In this document: in pieces, positions 59,220 through 64,000 of the stretch
Position numbering within the stretch: the first letter of the stretch is position 1
How the letters are laid out: each line of letters starts with the position of its first letter
From: Octopus vulgaris
Taxonomy: Eukaryota
Assembly: GCA_951406725.2 (NCBI GenBank)
Contig: OX597817.1
Coordinates: forward strand, 107,260,001-107,324,000
DNA length: 64,000 bases
Direction of reading: 5' to 3'
Position numbers and translations under genes: made by a program
Notes under the pieces: generated by a model
The model's database searches: none
What the model saw: the letters and a program-made list of their open reading frames with translations, nothing else
What the model was told of the DNA's origin: nothing

Positions 59220-60292
59220 ATGGCTGAAACGAAGAAACATTGTGCTTCCATGAAATTCTGTTTCGGCGACCGAAACAGTTGTCATGCTTCAAACAGCTTA
59301 CAGAGACACTGATATGAGTAAAACACAAGTTTACATGCGGTTTTCACCCTTTAGGAACAGTCCCTTGTCGCTTGAAGACCAGCCTCGTTCAGGGCGACTG
59401 TCGACCTCCTGTAGGAATGAAAACATCGCGAAAATTCGTGAACTAATTTTGAATGGCCGTCGCCGAAAAATTGACGACCTTGTTGATATGAGTGGTGTGT
59501 GCTGGAGCTGTTGCTAACGAATTTTCAGCGAGGAATTGCGAATGAAGAGTTTGCAGCAAAATTTGTGCATTGCTTGCTTCCGAAAGATCAAAGCAGTCAC
59601 GACTGAATGCATGTCGTGAACTGAAAGAACGGTTGGAAGATGAGCCGGACCTTTTTTCGAAGGCCATCACTGGCGATGAAAGTTGGTACTACGGCTAAGG
59701 CCCGAAAACGAAGAAGCAATCAATATCACCACGCCCCGCAAAAGCGCGTCAAGTGAAATCCAATGTTAAAACGATGCTGGTTTGTTTAATCGATGCGAAA
59801 GGAATTGTCCACAGTATTTGTTCCTCCTAGTCAAACTGTTAACCAGCCATTTTACTTGGCAGTTCTGAAGCGTTTGCAACGCGGTGAGACGAAAACAACC
59901 CGACCTGTGGCAAAGTGGTGAGTGGCGGTTTTAATCACGACAATGCGCGTGCGCATACCGTCGTGACTGTGAGACAGTTTTTGACCAAAAATGGCATGAT
60001 CCCGCTTACCCACCTTTCCTATTCACCCGTTCTTGCTCCATGCGACATTTTTTTCGTTCTCTCGCATGAAAAATGTTCTTAACGGTAAACATTTTGATGT
60101 GGAAGAGGTGAAGAAAAAAAATGATGGATACGTTTAAAGGCATCACTTCGCAAGAATTCCAGGACTGCTTCGAATAGTGGAAAACGCGTCTGGACCGATG
60201 CATTGCTTCAAATGGAGAATACTTTGAAGGCGGTAAAAATGTTTACATGCAAAAAAATAATATTGCAAAAATCCGGTTTCTTTTAGGTACAT
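59220..60292 (+). mobile_element. Mariner element (irritans-like), near-complete transposase pseudogene
   Basis: MLQTAY..MSKTQVY..EDQPRSGR, ITGDESW, KSNVKTML, HDNARAHT, CIASNGEYFEG; many stops and frameshifts. Confidence 0.9.
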
Positions 60293-60845
60293 ATTTAACT
60301 AAGCCACTAGATCTGACATGGGCAACCTTCTTTCGAGAAGTGGGTCGCATGCGACATAATTCATTATAACTAAAAGAGTTCAAAATAATTTTTCATTAAA
60401 TGCGCCATTCAGAAAGTCTCGCAAGCCGCCGTTTACTCATTACTGCACTTGATGTAAACAATCCTGGTTCTTTTCCATATCGCGATGCAAAAATGAGCTG
60501 TACACATAATAAACACAGCACAAAAATACACACACATATAACACACACACACACACGCACGCACGCACACTTACACATCCGTATAATAAATATCTACGTC
60601 TATAAACGTTTGTGCTTGCACACGTTTGCTTATACGTATGCGTGTGTATAAGTTTGCTACTTGTCATCCTCCGCCGTTGACATTTTACTGGACGCATGCC
60701 GAAACGATAATTGACATCACGCTGTCACAGGTTAAGACAACTAAAATAAAATTGTCATTCGAGAGAAAATCATTCTCTAGAATCACATCGATCTGAAAAA
60801 TATAGTTTGTTTTGCATGTAACTTAGCATGAAGATTATGGAAAAG

Positions 60846-60916
<71 letters not shown>

Positions 60917-61203
60917 GCGCGCACACACACACACACCTACACATACATGTATTCATTCATATATGTAAGGAATATCTTAAGCAAGTGCTCAGGTATATTA
61001 ACTGATCGCTCTTCAAGTTAATCTACATGCAGACAAGAGAGAACCTATGGCGACTGCAAGTCCTGTGCACTCGTGTGTGCGTATGTATATATACATATAT
61101 ATTTATATTTGTGTGTGTGTGTATGCTGATACATAAATGTACGTATGGTATGAATGTACATATATATATGTGTGTGTGTGTATGTATATATATATATAGA
61201 GAG

Positions 61204-61243
<40 letters not shown>

Positions 61244-61321
61244 TGGAGAGAGATGGAAAGAGATAAATAGTTACTTGTATCTTTATGCATACATACATTC
61301 ATAATGTCTACATTTACATAC

Positions 61322-61357
<36 letters not shown>

Positions 61358-61560
61358 ACACATACATATATACATTCATATAAGTAAGGAAGACCTTAAT
61401 CTTCTGTCTACCAATGGGTCTAATGGACCCATTTCGCTTTTTTAAGTTGCTTTTTTCTACTGTTTATATTATTTGATTCTACTGATTTCTCGTGATTCTT
61501 GTTTTTTCTTGACTCTTTTGTGTAACAACATAACAAAAGAAGGAGTAGACACCCTAGATA

Positions 61561-61974
61561 TCCTTTGTCGGCTTCTTTAATGGTGAGGTTTATATAATCT
61601 TTTAACTCGATTAGGTATTTCCATTCATTTACATTAAGGTTGGATTTAATTCGTTGTTTTTGTAGGGTATTAAAAGGAAAACTGGTAATGTGTTCACAAA
61701 AAGCATCAAGTGCTTTATTTCTGCCTTTTGTAGGACAATATTCACTTTTGTTTTTTACTATCGAGTCATCTTCGCTGGTGTAATTGTGAAGTGCTTCTGT
61801 GAGGCGTAATTTTCGGCAGAAATCCATAGTGTTATCCTTAATTTCATTCGGGTTCGATCTGCGAGGGCTTGGAGTAAACTTTAAACCTCTTGCTAGAATT
61901 TTAGTTTGTGTAATACTTAGGATTTTCTTTGATAAGTTGATTATTTTCGGTTGTTCTTGTACATTTTGTTCCAT
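61561..61974 (-). pseudogene. Penelope-like element N-terminal region up to the DKG motif
   Basis: IINLSKKILS..ILARGLKFTP..FCRKLRLTE..KSNL..LIELK..IKEADKG. Confidence 0.9.
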
Positions 61975-62030
61975 TTCACAATTCTGTTTCTTGATTTAGT
62001 TTTCCTTCTCTGATTTAGTTTTCCTTTTAA

Positions 62031-62324
62031 TACCCTACAGAATGCAATCCACAGAAGACATTTAAAAACTTATCCTCCTTACTTCAAATACATGGAAAGG
62101 GCCACACTAAACATGAAATAGACTATTTATCCAATTTTAAATACAGACCTAGACTGGTCTACAAATTACCTAAAATACACAAAAATCTACATATTTGTAA
62201 AGCTTGTAAAGTTTCTCCAAGCCTGTGCATTAATGTTCCTCCCCCTACTGACCTCAAACTGAGACCCATCATTGCTGGCCCTGCTTGTGAAATCCATCGT
62301 TTGAGCAACTTCCTCGACAAGTGA
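62031..62324 (+). pseudogene. Penelope-like RT fragment on the opposite strand (absent from the ORF track)
   Basis: Open frame ..EIDYLSNFKYRPRLVYKLPKIHK..TDLKLRPIIAGPACEIHRLSNFLDK* carrying the PLE LPKIHK and RPII motifs. Confidence 0.85.
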
Positions 62325-62782
62325 GGGTGGATGAGTTTCAAGTGAGGGTGGATGAGTGTATACTTATAGGCGCATGTACGTGGGTGTGCGGGCGCGCATA
62401 TGTAGGTATGGACATGCGCGCTTATGCGAATACTCTGAAAACTTTTACCCCTTACTTTTACTTCCTCCCCTCACTTAGCGGTCATTCAAATAGTTCTTTT
62501 GTCTTAATAACAGTCAATCGCACAATAACATCCCTTTTTTTAACGGTCATTTTCATAGCATTTTTCCCGATGGCAGAAGAGATGGCAGCGTGGATTTCCA
62601 CCCTGACATCCGAAACTCGGAGTTTTATCATGGGTACCGAATAATTGTCACATATTACATTTACAGATAAATTCCTCTATTTACATAATATCGAGGTCTC
62701 TTTCATTCTTTTGTTGTCTTACCATTTTTATCAATATATATATATATATGTATGTATACTTATTCTAAATATATATATATAT

Positions 62783-62932
62783 TCGACGAGCTTCTTTCAG
62801 TCTCCGTTTACCAAATACACAAGACTTTGGTCGGCCTGAGGCTATAGTAGGAGAGACTTGCCCAAGGGGACTGAACCCGGAATCATGTGGTTGGGAAGCA
62901 AGCTTTTCACCACACAGCCACTCCTGCGCCTA
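62783..62932 (-). mobile_element. SINE family A 5' half
   Basis: CACCACACAGCCACTCCTGCGCC and ACTGAACCCGGAATCATGTGGTTGG. Confidence 0.85.
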
Positions 62933-64000
62933 TAGGTTATAATTTGATGCAAGTTAGTAGTTGAAAACTGACGAAAAGTTGTTGAATCGATGTGACTTGG
63001 GGACAATTTGACCGCTCTTCCTAGTATGTAAAGCTTGGAACTACACAGAAGCACCTTGACATTAATTTCAAATTTTGTGTTTCACATTTCAGACACGCAT
63101 GTTGCTGTTGTTTAACCCTAAGATCTTCCCAGCTCAAACGGATTTATGATCAAAGCATTGTCCACGACGACCAGTCTTATTTCAAGTGAAACTGCTAGGT
63201 GTGATTTAAAGAAAATTTAGTTGTTATTTTAGCAAGTCGGGCGACCGCTCGGAAAGTCTCTTGTTGACATACATGTGTTGTATGTACGCTAAATACACTT
63301 ATAAAACATTTAAGATATAAATTTTTATGTGCGAAAATTAATGTAGCTACGTACATAGATAAATGTACGTTCTTTAGATATGCATATGTAAGTGTGTATG
63401 CACGTGAGTGTGAGTATGTGTGCGCGCGCATATAGGTTTGTATTGATAGATTTAAGCGAATGACGTAAACTCTGTTGGAATAAGGTACGGCTCATTAAAG
63501 AAATATTGTATAATATTTTAATCGCATCTCATTGTTCAGTCGAGTTTTAACCCATTTGCAGAACCACCTAGACTGTAATAAACCGCTAGATTCTCATTTG
63601 CTATATTAATTAGATACCATTTCTTCTTCGACATAAAAGTCACGTAAAAGAACATACTCTAACGTTAATTATTGCATAATTCTGCAAAGGATCGTGTTTT
63701 TCGCAAGTTTTTTTATTTTATTTTACTATGTGACCTTTATTTACGTATGCTTCCTAAGTATACGGAAATTTTCATAATATAAATATCTCTGATTATACAC
63801 GCTATTATGAAAAAAATTCTTTTTATCTATGAGAATATTTCCGAGAAAAGGTCAACTGTATTGTCATACAATCTAAACTTGATTTTCGGGATGGTTTAGA
63901 CTGAATGAAAACATGTTCGTTTTATATACTTAGTACTTATGTACATTTGAAGAAAGCTTTAAATCCCACGAAATATTTAAGATTAGTATTGGGGTTTTTT

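Noticed and set aside
63547-63570. TTAA-CCCATT piggyBac-like terminus
   Set aside because: No partner TIR visible in the window

Overview
This is AT-rich eukaryotic non-coding DNA, extremely dense in microsatellites and transposon relics. The SINE families and repeat landscape look like an octopus (coleoid cephalopod) genome; that is inferred from recall, not from a search. No intact host gene is recognisable, and most ORF-track entries are microsatellite read-through. Recognisable elements are at least five tRNA-derived SINE families, Tx1/L1, CR1, RTE and R4/Dong LINE fragments, a Gypsy gag remnant, three mariner remnants, a DUF4817 Tc1-like remnant, a Helitron with a PIF1 pseudogene, and Penelope-like (PLE) RT/GIY-YIG remnants. 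The most interesting signal is several distinct minimal type I hammerhead ribozyme (HHR) motifs. These include a composite element that joins a tRNA-derived Pol III head to an HHR-bearing tail with an inverted tail copy, a candidate PLE-mobilised ribozyme SINE. There are also several long palindromes, including a nested one of about 1 kb. Repeat boundaries were read by eye and are approximate. SINE family letters A-E are my own labels.
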